Positions 37,859-46,154 of a stretch of DNA of 64,000 nucleotides are shown here, piece after piece. The stretch covers positions 62,001-126,000 of IMG/VR virus record IMGVR_UViG_3300008261_000001; one strand, 5' to 3'. Position 1 is the stretch's first letter, and every line of letters starts with the position of its first letter. Below the pieces are notes generated by a model. The model saw only the letters and a list, made by a program, of their open reading frames with translations. It searched no databases and had not been told where the DNA came from. The position numbers and the translations under genes were made by a program.

Positions 37859-38637
37859 ACGAGATGATAGATTATTTCCTCAAGATGATTACGCCACCAG
37901 TGGAAGACGCTTATGTGCTAGTGTCTGACCCAAGTGAGATAAACTTCGATCTTTATCTAAAAGAGATAGGGGCTGAAGACTCACTTACAAGTACCTTCGA
38001 GCCTATGCTTCATGGTCTTATCCTCTTGGGAGAACCGACTGCGGACGAAGCAGATCAGATTATGAGGATACTAAAGCCTGGTGCTCATGTAGTTCTCATC
38101 CCTAAGAGCGACTCCCCCATAGGCTACAAGGGTGTGATCGCTATGGAGGACAACGGATTTGAGGTGCGTGACGCAATCTTCGTTGCCGAGGGGAACTCAG
38201 ATTTCTTCTATGGCTCAAAGGCAGGTCGGAGTGAGAGAGAGGCGGGGCTAGAGGGCTTTGAAGAGAAAGAGGGTCATGGCGGGATGACGGCTACAAAGAA
38301 CCAAGACATGAAAACAGGAAGCGGAAATGACCGAGACAACTCGCGTAAGAATATACACCCAACCGTTAAGCCGATTGATGTGATGGAGTGGTGTGCTAGG
38401 GATATTGGAAAGAAGTGTAAGGTGGTCGATCCATTCTTAGGAAGTGGGACAACGGGCTGTGCTATGGCTCGACTAGGTCACGACTTTGTGGGGATAGAGC
38501 TTCAGCCAGAATATGGAAAGATTTGTGAGGCTCGTATTCGTCATTGGATGCCGATAGGTACGGAACTCAAGTCCGAGGCTGTAGGGGTAGCGAAGTCCCC
38601 TACGAAGGGTGGGATGGTTTCTATATTTGACTTTTGA
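37855..38637 (+). CDS. Split beta-class MTase, SAM-binding module C (catalytic motif degenerate)
   Basis: HPTVKP, VVDPFLGSGTTG (motif I) and GIELQPEY; the N-terminus keeps RILKPG and AMEDNGFEVRD but has DPSE where DPPY is expected. Confidence 0.85.
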   Translation: MNEMIDYFLKMITPPVEDAYVLVSDPSEINFDLYLKEIGAEDSLTSTFEPMLHGLILLGEPTADEADQIMRILKPGAHVVLIPKSDSPIGYKGVIAMEDNGFEVRDAIFVAEGNSDFFYGSKAGRSEREAGLEGFEEKEGHGGMTATKNQDMKTGSGNDRDNSRKNIHPTVKPIDVMEWCARDIGKKCKVVDPFLGSGTTGCAMARLGHDFVGIELQPEYGKICEARIRHWMPIGTELKSEAVGVAKSPTKGGMVSIFDF

Positions 38638-38671
38638 GCCAACAGAGGCTCCTAAGTCTTAGGGGTGAGAT

Positions 38672-39055
38672 ATGGGGTACGGTTTCAGCTACTTAGAAAA
38701 TGGCTTGAGGACAATAGACGGTACGAAGCTACCTATCCCCAACACGCTTTACTTTGTGTTATGCTTGTTGGAGGAGTGCGGTTTCGAGGACGAGAATAAA
38801 GTCCCTGTAAACACAAGTAATGCCTATTTTAAGCTAGTGCATAAAACAGACGAAAAACTTAAAGTCACCGTTAGCACCCGCGAGATAGGCATCTTATCCA
38901 TTTCTTTAGTCTTGGATAACTATAAATCGAGCCTCAAGTTCGACATAAGCAACAAGGATCTCTTATTACACACTCAGATGGACATAGGCACTACCATACT
39001 GAGACAGATAAGGGGTCTTTATGTGTTCAGTAGTAAACACCATGAGAAAGGATAA
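38672..39055 (+). CDS. Hypothetical protein
   Basis: 127 aa; GGGGTG RBS-like motif upstream. Confidence 0.6.
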   Translation: MGYGFSYLENGLRTIDGTKLPIPNTLYFVLCLLEECGFEDENKVPVNTSNAYFKLVHKTDEKLKVTVSTREIGILSISLVLDNYKSSLKFDISNKDLLLHTQMDIGTTILRQIRGLYVFSSKHHEKG

Positions 39056-39058
39056 GCG

Positions 39059-39772
39059 ATGATACTTGGACTTGATCCGTCATTGAGAAACTTCGGTTGG
39101 GTGTTGATGACGGACGAGGGAGATTTCTTGGATAAGGGCATGATGAGTACGGAGGCGGATATGGTGTTTGTGGAGCGGTATATCTACTTGAGGGAGGGTC
39201 TGAGGAAAGTGGTGCAGATGCTGAGGGAAAAGTATCCAAATGATGTGATGAGGGTAGGCATAGAGTCGCCCATCTTTAACGACCTCTATTCTGAGGGTAT
39301 GTATGGGTTATTCCTCTACTCGAACGAGGCGTTGATGTTAGAGAAGTTGGATACGGTGTATTTAACACCGAACCAAGTGAAGGCTCATGCTCATGTGTAC
39401 TTGGGTCGTCCGAAGGGTTGGAAAATGCAGAAGGCGGACATGGTGGACGCGGTAAAGAAAGCCACACAAGGTCAAGGTGCTAAGGCGTGGAATCACCACC
39501 AAGCAGACGCTTATTGGGTGGGTCGTACAGCGGGTAGATTTTGGAAACTTGTGGAGGGGGATCTAGATATAGCGGACTTATCCGATTTGGAGAGGAAGCA
39601 TTTCACAGATCTAGAGCGGTATGTACAGGGAAAGAAAGCTGGCAAGATTAAGCGTATGGGGATAACCCACAAAGAAGATGACCGATATTTTAGGTGGTCT
39701 TCTATAACTACAACCGATGAGTCACCTAGCGTGGGAGACTCAGACAACCCGAACGGAGCGAGCGATGAGTAA
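39059..39772 (+). CDS. ruvC: RuvC-like Holliday junction resolvase
   Basis: ILGLDPSLRNFGW, VGIESP, KADM and HHQADAY acidic catalytic motifs. Confidence 0.8.
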   Translation: MILGLDPSLRNFGWVLMTDEGDFLDKGMMSTEADMVFVERYIYLREGLRKVVQMLREKYPNDVMRVGIESPIFNDLYSEGMYGLFLYSNEALMLEKLDTVYLTPNQVKAHAHVYLGRPKGWKMQKADMVDAVKKATQGQGAKAWNHHQADAYWVGRTAGRFWKLVEGDLDIADLSDLERKHFTDLERYVQGKKAGKIKRMGITHKEDDRYFRWSSITTTDESPSVGDSDNPNGASDE

Positions 39773-41009
39773 AGCACCGAATAAAAAGGTGGAGGGCGTG
39801 AAGTCAGCCCTCAATAAGAAGGCGGATTTGATGGGGACTCTTAAGGAGGTTGAGAAGGGTACGAAGGACTCTGCACTTGTAGAGCTAGACCCTGCGTCTT
39901 TGACAACATCTATGCCCCATATCTCTACAGGGGCTGTGGCGTTGGATTATCTCATTGGGGGCAAGGAGAACGCTCAAGGTGTGCGTCCATGTCCAGGTAT
40001 CCCTCGTGGGCGTATCACCAACATTTACGGCATGGCAGGTGCAGGTAAGACGACCATCGCTCTACAGACCGCAGCGAGCGTTTGTGCTGAGGGTGGGACT
40101 TGCGTGTACATAGATTGGGAGAACGAAGTTGAGCCTCGTTATGCCTCAGTCTTAGGTGTTCCCGTGACGGATAAAAATCATTTCCTTTTGCTTCAGCCTG
40201 AGACCCTAGAGCAAGGGTTCAAGCTCATGGTGAAGTTCGCTCATGCAGGGGTGGACTTAATCGTCGTGGACTCTGTGGGTGCAGGTGTACCTGAGGCGAT
40301 GTACAAGAAGGAAGCGGGCGAGCAAGGTGGTGTGGGTTTATTGGCTCGTCAATGGTCGCAGTTCTTGCCCTTGTTTAAGAAGGTTATTGCAAGCTCCAAC
40401 ACGGCTGTTATTGGTATCTCTCAGTTGCGTGAGGCTATCGGTGGTATGCCAGGTTTTGGTGCTGGACCTACGAAGAAGCCACAAGGCGGTCAGGCTTGGA
40501 CTTTCTACTCTACGCTCAAGATTATGCTCACCGTTATTGGAAAGGATAAAGGCAAGGAGTGGGATGGGCTACAGAACAAGATGATCGAGACGGTGAAGGG
40601 CAACATCGTCAAGGCGGCATTGGATAAGTGCAAGGTGTCGGACTCGTATAAGCACGAGGCTCAGTTCTACCTCATGTCGGGCAAGGGCGTAGATAACGAG
40701 CGTACGGTGATTGACTTGGCTATCGCCACGAACATCTTGGTTAAGAAGGGTGCTTGGTTCTCATGGATGGGACCAGAGGGCGAAGTGCGTGGGCAAGGGC
40801 TTGAGGGCTTTAGAGCTAACTTGCCTGAGGGTTGGCTCGACTTCATGTTCGCACAGGTGAAGCCATACCTTACTTCAAAAAAGGGAGACGAGGGTGGAGC
40901 TACCACAGCTTTGAGCGGTGGTGCAGGTGGTGCTTTGGAGTTGGGAGATGAAGCAGATGACGCTATGGAAGAGCTTGACGCTTTGTTCGGTGGTGAAGAC
41001 GAGGAGTAA
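39765..41009 (+). CDS. recA: RecA/UvsX recombinase
   Basis: GIPRGRITNIYGMAGAGKTT, YIDWE, LIVVDSV, ISQLRE, GGQAWTFYS, GAWFS; ATG 39765 preferred as start. Confidence 0.92.
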   Translation: MSKAPNKKVEGVKSALNKKADLMGTLKEVEKGTKDSALVELDPASLTTSMPHISTGAVALDYLIGGKENAQGVRPCPGIPRGRITNIYGMAGAGKTTIALQTAASVCAEGGTCVYIDWENEVEPRYASVLGVPVTDKNHFLLLQPETLEQGFKLMVKFAHAGVDLIVVDSVGAGVPEAMYKKEAGEQGGVGLLARQWSQFLPLFKKVIASSNTAVIGISQLREAIGGMPGFGAGPTKKPQGGQAWTFYSTLKIMLTVIGKDKGKEWDGLQNKMIETVKGNIVKAALDKCKVSDSYKHEAQFYLMSGKGVDNERTVIDLAIATNILVKKGAWFSWMGPEGEVRGQGLEGFRANLPEGWLDFMFAQVKPYLTSKKGDEGGATTALSGGAGGALELGDEADDAMEELDALFGGEDEE

Positions 41010-41010
41010 G

Positions 41011-41110
41011 CAGAGTAGGGTAGTGGATATAATGGGGGGGGTAGGGTAAGTGGTGGATATAATGGGGTAGATAGTGGTGGTGGATATAATAGGGTATCTA
41101 TATAAGGGGT
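41011..41110 (+). promoter_or_regulatory. Tandem array of promoter-like GTGGATATAAT(G/A)GGG units
   Basis: TATAAT at 41028, 41058 and 41085, each followed by a G-run, plus TATATAAGGGG at 41099; directly upstream of the SbcC N-half gene. Confidence 0.6.
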
Positions 41111-41132
41111 TAAGGAGAGAGGGGATACACCT

Positions 41133-42278
41133 ATGAAGGTCACTATAGAGAACTTTCAGTCTATTGAACACACCGAGTTTGAGGTGAAGGGGCTTACGGT
41201 CATAACAGGTCCAAACAACACGGGTAAATCAGCGTGTGCAAGGGCTGTTATAGGGGCTTTCACCAACACAAGGGGGTCTAGCTTTGTCCGTCAAGGTACA
41301 AAGGGCTGTAGGGTTCAAATCGACTTCAAAGATGGGAAAAGCCTTGTTTGGGAAAAGGGGAAAAACACTAACCGATATGAGGTCGATGGCTTCGAGATCA
41401 ACAAGGTCGGCTCTGGAGTTCCAGACGAGGTCAAACAGCTTGGGGTTGTGGCTGTAGAGGTGGATGGAAAAGAAGTCTATCCACAAATTGCCAAGCAGTT
41501 TGAGCAGATTTTTCTTTTGGATATGCCACCGAGCGTTTTGTCTAGTGCTTTGTCCGATGTGGATAAAATCCAAGTGTTGGAGCAAGCTACTGCGATGGCA
41601 CGAAACGAGGTTAAGAGCATAAACAATAGGATAAAAGTCAAATCGGAGGACTTAGATCTAGAAAGGAAAAAAGTAAAAGCATTTGATGAACTGTACTTGG
41701 CACAACAAGCGAATCTTGTAGTCCAATCCTTACAAAACGAGTTATCCAATTTAGAACAAACAGTAAAGGTTTTAGGGGATATAATGGATAAAAGGTCTCA
41801 GTGTAAAAATATATTAAGTGTGTTGGGTGATGCTGTTCAAGTGTCTTTACCAGACACTAGAGCGGTTTATGATTTCGACAGGATACCAGAGCTTGAGCGG
41901 ATAAAGCGTGAGAGATCCAAGTGCTTACTATTGGATAAGTCTATATCTATTGGTTTGGATTCTTTACCGAGTCTTCCAGAGATTAAGGGCTTTGAGAAGA
42001 TAGAAAACCTAGAGCGTATTGTTGGTGTTCGTAATGGATATATTCAGTTATCGAGAGGTTTATCCAATATCCAAGAAATGAACATGAGTTTCAGTTCTGC
42101 CGAGGTGGAGCAGGTTATCCTATTTTTAGAGTACATGGAAAAGAGGAACGACTTAGCTTCAAAGTTAAAAGTTGCGGACTTGGAGGTAGAGCGTATATCG
42201 GATGAGTTAAGCTCACTGAAGACATCTTTAGGTGCTGTGTGTCCGCTCTGTGAGAAGGCGTGTGGGGATACACATTAA
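41133..42278 (+). CDS. N-terminal half of an SbcC/Rad50-like ABC ATPase ending at a zinc hook
   Basis: IENFQSI, ITGPNNTGKSA Walker A, Q-loop region, coiled coil and C-terminal CPLC. Confidence 0.85.
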   Translation: MKVTIENFQSIEHTEFEVKGLTVITGPNNTGKSACARAVIGAFTNTRGSSFVRQGTKGCRVQIDFKDGKSLVWEKGKNTNRYEVDGFEINKVGSGVPDEVKQLGVVAVEVDGKEVYPQIAKQFEQIFLLDMPPSVLSSALSDVDKIQVLEQATAMARNEVKSINNRIKVKSEDLDLERKKVKAFDELYLAQQANLVVQSLQNELSNLEQTVKVLGDIMDKRSQCKNILSVLGDAVQVSLPDTRAVYDFDRIPELERIKRERSKCLLLDKSISIGLDSLPSLPEIKGFEKIENLERIVGVRNGYIQLSRGLSNIQEMNMSFSSAEVEQVILFLEYMEKRNDLASKLKVADLEVERISDELSSLKTSLGAVCPLCEKACGDTH

Positions 42279-42802
42279 ACTTTGAGTGGGTTCCCATCAT
42301 CGTCAAACATACGCTCGATGTCGTAAGAACCGTCTTCGGCTAACTTAACCGACCATAGGTCTTTGGTCGCCTTATGGACTAATACGGCATCGTCGTTAGC
42401 GAACATAGAGTGAGCCATAAGGGAGGGACCACTAAGGATAACAAAGTGGTCGTCTATGGATGCGACCCTCTTAGAAACGACTTGTAAGAACTCTGAGGGG
42501 ATGCGGTCTATCTTCGCACCCCTACCATCGAACTTTACAAATACCTCTCCACCCATAGAGGTGACCTCGCCTGAGGCTGTCCTCACCGCCACAACCGTTC
42601 CCTTAGTGCCACTCATGGGAACTTGTGTGGGGATCACTACGCCATTGTTGGTGTAAACGGCTACCCGAGTTCCCTCTTTGAAGTTAATCCGTTTAGCTTT
42701 CCGACCTGTATCTGTAAGGTCAGAAATCTTGGTGTTCAACACCGCGTCCATGCTAGAGGTCTTGGCGTTCCCATAGAAGGTAATCTCGTCATCGTCCCAC
42801 AT
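42275..42802 (-). CDS. Hypothetical protein with an SH3/KOW-like core and RTAS/RVAS motifs
   Basis: FKEGTRVAV..GTKGTVVAV..VFVKFDG; preceded by an RBS-occluding hairpin. Confidence 0.7.
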   Translation of the reverse strand: MWDDDEITFYGNAKTSSMDAVLNTKISDLTDTGRKAKRINFKEGTRVAVYTNNGVVIPTQVPMSGTKGTVVAVRTASGEVTSMGGEVFVKFDGRGAKIDRIPSEFLQVVSKRVASIDDHFVILSGPSLMAHSMFANDDAVLVHKATKDLWSVKLAEDGSYDIERMFDDDGNPLKV

Positions 42803-42804
42803 GG

Positions 42805-42846
42805 TATCTCTCCTTATGTGTCATTCCATAAGGCTGAGATATAAAG
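42805..42846 (-). promoter_or_regulatory. CTTTATA motif plus RBS-occluding hairpin
   Basis: TATCTCTCCTTATG (42805-42818) pairs with CATAAGGCTGAGATA (42827-42841; one bulge/mismatch), covering AAGGAG 2-10 nt before the ATG. Confidence 0.6.
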
Positions 42847-42873
42847 GGTTTATTGAGAGACCCTTAAAGCACA

Positions 42874-42923
42874 AAGCCCCAGCCCCCTTTAGCCTTTGTG
42901 AGGGCGTTAAGGGGCTGGGGCTT
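42874..42923 (-). terminator. Probable intrinsic terminator after the SSB-like gene
   Basis: 13-bp inverted repeat AAGCCCCAGCCCC / GGGGCTGGGGCTT; on the minus strand it runs into TTTGTGCTTT. Confidence 0.6.
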
Positions 42924-42962
42924 GTTAGCCCTCTAGTGTTGGGGGGAGTCTAGGTGCGGTTT

Positions 42963-43694
42963 TTAGCCGAGGACATCATCGAGGATGTCATCCGCGTCAA
43001 ACGAGCTATTAAAGCTCCCACCGCCCTTGTTGCCCGTGGGTGAACCAACCTGACCGCTGATACGCTCACGGATCTGATCAATCGTGAGGTCTTGGGCGAT
43101 GTCGTTTTGGATATTGCCGTGGATACCACGAGCGTGTTCCACAATCGTCTTGTAGATGTCAGCACCCTTGTCGCAGAGGGTCTTAAAGAGCGACTCCTTG
43201 CAAGGGGCGAAGGACATCTTATGGAACTGAGGGTCGGTCACAGTGATGGAGAGGTCGTGATGAGACAGAGGGAACTCCCCATTAATCGACTCTAACTGCT
43301 TGTACTTATCGAGGCTGAAGACCCAAGTCTTGATCTCGTACTCACCGTTGGCGAAGCGAGCCTTATCCAAGTTGCCGTTGGCATCCACAGGCCAGAACAC
43401 AAGGGTCGTAGCGATAGAGGTCTTAGACCCCTTACCATCATCCGCGTACTTCTGATACTCGGGGCCGTGGTCGAGGAAGTACCCAACCTTCTGATTGTAC
43501 AGACGCTTGCCCCCCTTGAAAGAGGGGTTTGTGGGGTTGCCATTCGCATCCGAGAAGATGGGGGCGTTCTTGTCGAGACCTGGGAGAGCCACGAAGGTCA
43601 CGCGATACTTGCCCTTCTGGGGCTTCCAACGAACCTTGTCGCCAGAGAGGAGGGGGGCTGAACCACCGAGGGAAAAATCTGAGAAGCCTGCCAT
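42963..43694 (-). CDS. Putative single-stranded DNA-binding protein
   Basis: ATG 43694 after AAGGAG; aromatic beta-rich core, Gly-rich linker and acidic tail FDADDILDDVLG; lies among recombination genes. Confidence 0.6.
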   Translation of the reverse strand: MAGFSDFSLGGSAPLLSGDKVRWKPQKGKYRVTFVALPGLDKNAPIFSDANGNPTNPSFKGGKRLYNQKVGYFLDHGPEYQKYADDGKGSKTSIATTLVFWPVDANGNLDKARFANGEYEIKTWVFSLDKYKQLESINGEFPLSHHDLSITVTDPQFHKMSFAPCKESLFKTLCDKGADIYKTIVEHARGIHGNIQNDIAQDLTIDQIRERISGQVGSPTGNKGGGSFNSSFDADDILDDVLG

Positions 43695-43828
43695 AGCAGT
43701 CACTCCTTGTATGAGGGTTAAGAGCGTTAGCAAGTCATTCGTATGATAGGCTCATCGCTCACCTAACCCTTATAAAATCTCACCCTCACTCTAAGGGTTT
43801 TTTTAAGTTTTTTCTGCCCCCCCCCAAA

Positions 43829-45043
43829 CTATCCATTATTCTCCTCTTTTACCTTAGCTTCATATTCAGCCTGAGCCTGAGCCGCCTCCGCTTCCCATCG
43901 TGCTCCCTCTTCTTGTCTCTTTCTAGCCTCTGCTTCCCAATCTTGTGCTCTGCTTTGTTGGTTCTTTTTACGCCTCTGCTCTTTCTCATACTCTTTCTGT
44001 AGCCTTTTAGCTTCACGCTCCGCCGCCTCTTGAGCTATTTGACGAGCTAGGGCTTCCTCCCTGGCTTTAGCTTCTTCTTCTTCCTTAAGCCTCTTCTGAT
44101 TATTCTCATGTAGGGCTTTATTTTGCTCATCACTAAGGATTTCTAGTGGGTCGCAGTTCACCTCGTCAGACTGACCATAAGGAACAATAGACTTAATAAA
44201 AATCCCCTCAAGTCGCCACTTATGCTCTTTGATTATCTCATTAACTATCCTTCTCCTTAGTTCCGCACTTTGGCTGTTTCTCTCTCTACCCCTAGCGAAG
44301 TTCTCTAATAAAGGTAGCTTCTTAATAGTTATGGTGTTCTCACTACCCTCTTCTTTTAGCTCAATGTCTTTATCCAAGTACTTCTTTAAGTCTGAGTCGT
44401 TCGTGTGGATGTTGGACTCCAAGATAATCAAAATCGTAAGCCCCCCATGCTCTATGGTTATTTTGTTGTAACTCTCTTGGCTAACACCGAAGTATCCTTT
44501 GGAAGTCCACAATGACTTCACTAAAGCCAGTTGCACACTATCTTCATCTTTGAAGAAACTTCCGATTGCCTTAACCACCGTGTCTTCTGAGATACTCCTA
44601 AGATCCATCCTCCATTGTGTATGCCTATTAAACTCCAAAGGTACGACACCTGCCCTACCAAACCTAAAGCTCTCCTCATAGGTTTTGTAAGCCGCATATT
44701 CAATATCTTCGTTATATATGGCTTTTATGCCGTCCTCAGTAATTATTGCTGGGCTGTTATTAAGGGAAGTCACGAGCTTGTTATAATCTTGCCTTTGCCT
44801 ATTCAACAGCCTGTCTAGATGGTCTGGGTGTACACGCATTGCTCGGCTAATCGCCACGCAAGGGCCACCGCTACCTAAGGGGGGGGTTAGGTCGGCTTGT
44901 CTCTCCAACATCGCCACTCTCTGCATAAGACGCTCTATTTGAGCGGCGAGCTTATCTGTAGAGGCAACCCTAGAAATCTTATTCTGAGCCACAAGGGAAG
45001 CTATCTTCCTTTGTGCTACGCGGACAATCATAAATCTATCCAT
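43829..45043 (-). CDS. Hypothetical protein with RVAS/KIAS-rich N-terminus, DUF4258-like segment and charged coiled-coil tail
   Basis: FNRHTQWRMDLRSISEDTV resembles the HAxxRMxxRxI pattern; E/K/R/Q-rich C-terminus. Confidence 0.7.
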   Translation of the reverse strand: MDRFMIVRVAQRKIASLVAQNKISRVASTDKLAAQIERLMQRVAMLERQADLTPPLGSGGPCVAISRAMRVHPDHLDRLLNRQRQDYNKLVTSLNNSPAIITEDGIKAIYNEDIEYAAYKTYEESFRFGRAGVVPLEFNRHTQWRMDLRSISEDTVVKAIGSFFKDEDSVQLALVKSLWTSKGYFGVSQESYNKITIEHGGLTILIILESNIHTNDSDLKKYLDKDIELKEEGSENTITIKKLPLLENFARGRERNSQSAELRRRIVNEIIKEHKWRLEGIFIKSIVPYGQSDEVNCDPLEILSDEQNKALHENNQKRLKEEEEAKAREEALARQIAQEAAEREAKRLQKEYEKEQRRKKNQQSRAQDWEAEARKRQEEGARWEAEAAQAQAEYEAKVKEENNG

Positions 45044-45050
45044 TTTCAGC

Positions 45051-45090
45051 TCCTTCTATGAGTTATCCTAAATGTAACCTCATAAAAGGA
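45051..45090 (-). promoter_or_regulatory. CTTTTATG motif plus RBS-occluding hairpin
   Basis: TCCTTCTATGAGTTA (45051-45065) pairs with TAACCTCATAAAAGGA (45075-45090; one bulge, one wobble), covering AAGGAG. Confidence 0.6.
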
Positions 45091-45129
45091 TAATACACCC
45101 CCCACCAAAGAGCTAGTATCCACCTCCCA

Positions 45130-46116
45130 CTAGAGGTCGAGCTTATCCACCTGCTCTAAATAAGCCAAAGCACACTCCTTTGCTCCGTTGGAAGCCGACA
45201 CGCTCATGACACGCTCACGGAGGGTTAAACTAGACCAACCTGTGGTAGCAACGCTCTTCATTTTCTCTACTATGGTTTCCATACGCTCTTTTGAGTCTTT
45301 GTCCCTTATGGCTTCCTCTACCTTAAAAGCCTCCGTAGCGGGACGACAAGGCACATCGTGTCGAATAATGGATAAATCTGTCTCAGATACGGAAACCTCT
45401 ACAGCACAAGGTGTACGGTCTAGGTCGTCTAGGTGTAAAGACCCTCGTGTCAAAGACCCTACATTTACGACATGAGAGCCATTGGATAACTTGGTGATTC
45501 CTTGATCCTTATGCCAATGACCGAAGAACCAACAATCCACATCGGTTATGCTATCCAATAAATCATAGCCTACGATGTCCTCGTTCTCGAACATAGAGCC
45601 ACCCTCACCTTTGCGGGCTAAAAGATGGCAAGCTACGAATAAGTAGTCCTCTGGACCTTTTTGGATACTTTTGAGCCTCTCGAAGTCGTAGCTTGTGCCA
45701 TGATACGGCACACCGACTATCCTTAATGAAACCCCTGACTTATCCGTAATGAATACCTCTTGGTTGTCTCCGAACTGCTTGAACACACCAGATGAAAACA
45801 AGACGCTCAGTGGTTGCTCAGGTAAATACTCGATGTTTCCGTATTTCACATCGTGATTGCCGACAAGGGCGTAAACGGGACACGGATAGTTGCTGTGAGC
45901 CTCACACGCTTGACGAACAAGGGCATGGGAGTTTCTTGTGGGCGACTTCACATCAAAAAAGTCACCACCATCCAGCACTAGGTCTGCACCCACCTCTTGA
46001 GCGAGCTTCCCTATCCATTTTAGCTTATCCACCACATCGAGCGTCCAATCGCCTGTACGCCTACGAGGGGTTTTATCGGACAGATGGACATCAGTCCGCC
46101 AGATTAGTTTTATCAT
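45130..46116 (-). CDS. SbcD/Mre11-like metallophosphoesterase nuclease
   Basis: TDVH, GGDFFD, GNHD, CH, GHWH and GSL motifs. Confidence 0.88.
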   Translation of the reverse strand: MIKLIWRTDVHLSDKTPRRRTGDWTLDVVDKLKWIGKLAQEVGADLVLDGGDFFDVKSPTRNSHALVRQACEAHSNYPCPVYALVGNHDVKYGNIEYLPEQPLSVLFSSGVFKQFGDNQEVFITDKSGVSLRIVGVPYHGTSYDFERLKSIQKGPEDYLFVACHLLARKGEGGSMFENEDIVGYDLLDSITDVDCWFFGHWHKDQGITKLSNGSHVVNVGSLTRGSLHLDDLDRTPCAVEVSVSETDLSIIRHDVPCRPATEAFKVEEAIRDKDSKERMETIVEKMKSVATTGWSSLTLRERVMSVSASNGAKECALAYLEQVDKLDL

Positions 46117-46154
46117 GGTAGCTCTCCTAGAGCCTTATTATAACATAAAACCCA

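Noticed and set aside
33213-38637. MTase fragments as pseudogenes or sequencing frameshifts
   Set aside because: Breaks fall at the same positions in independently diverged copies, each with a clean ATGA overlap and duplicated boundary residues; DPPY and FxGxG are intact.
28433-41566. Bacterial oriC based on perfect DnaA boxes
   Set aside because: Only two isolated perfect boxes were noticed, 13 kb apart and one inside a CDS; they are treated as part of the general TTATCC enrichment.
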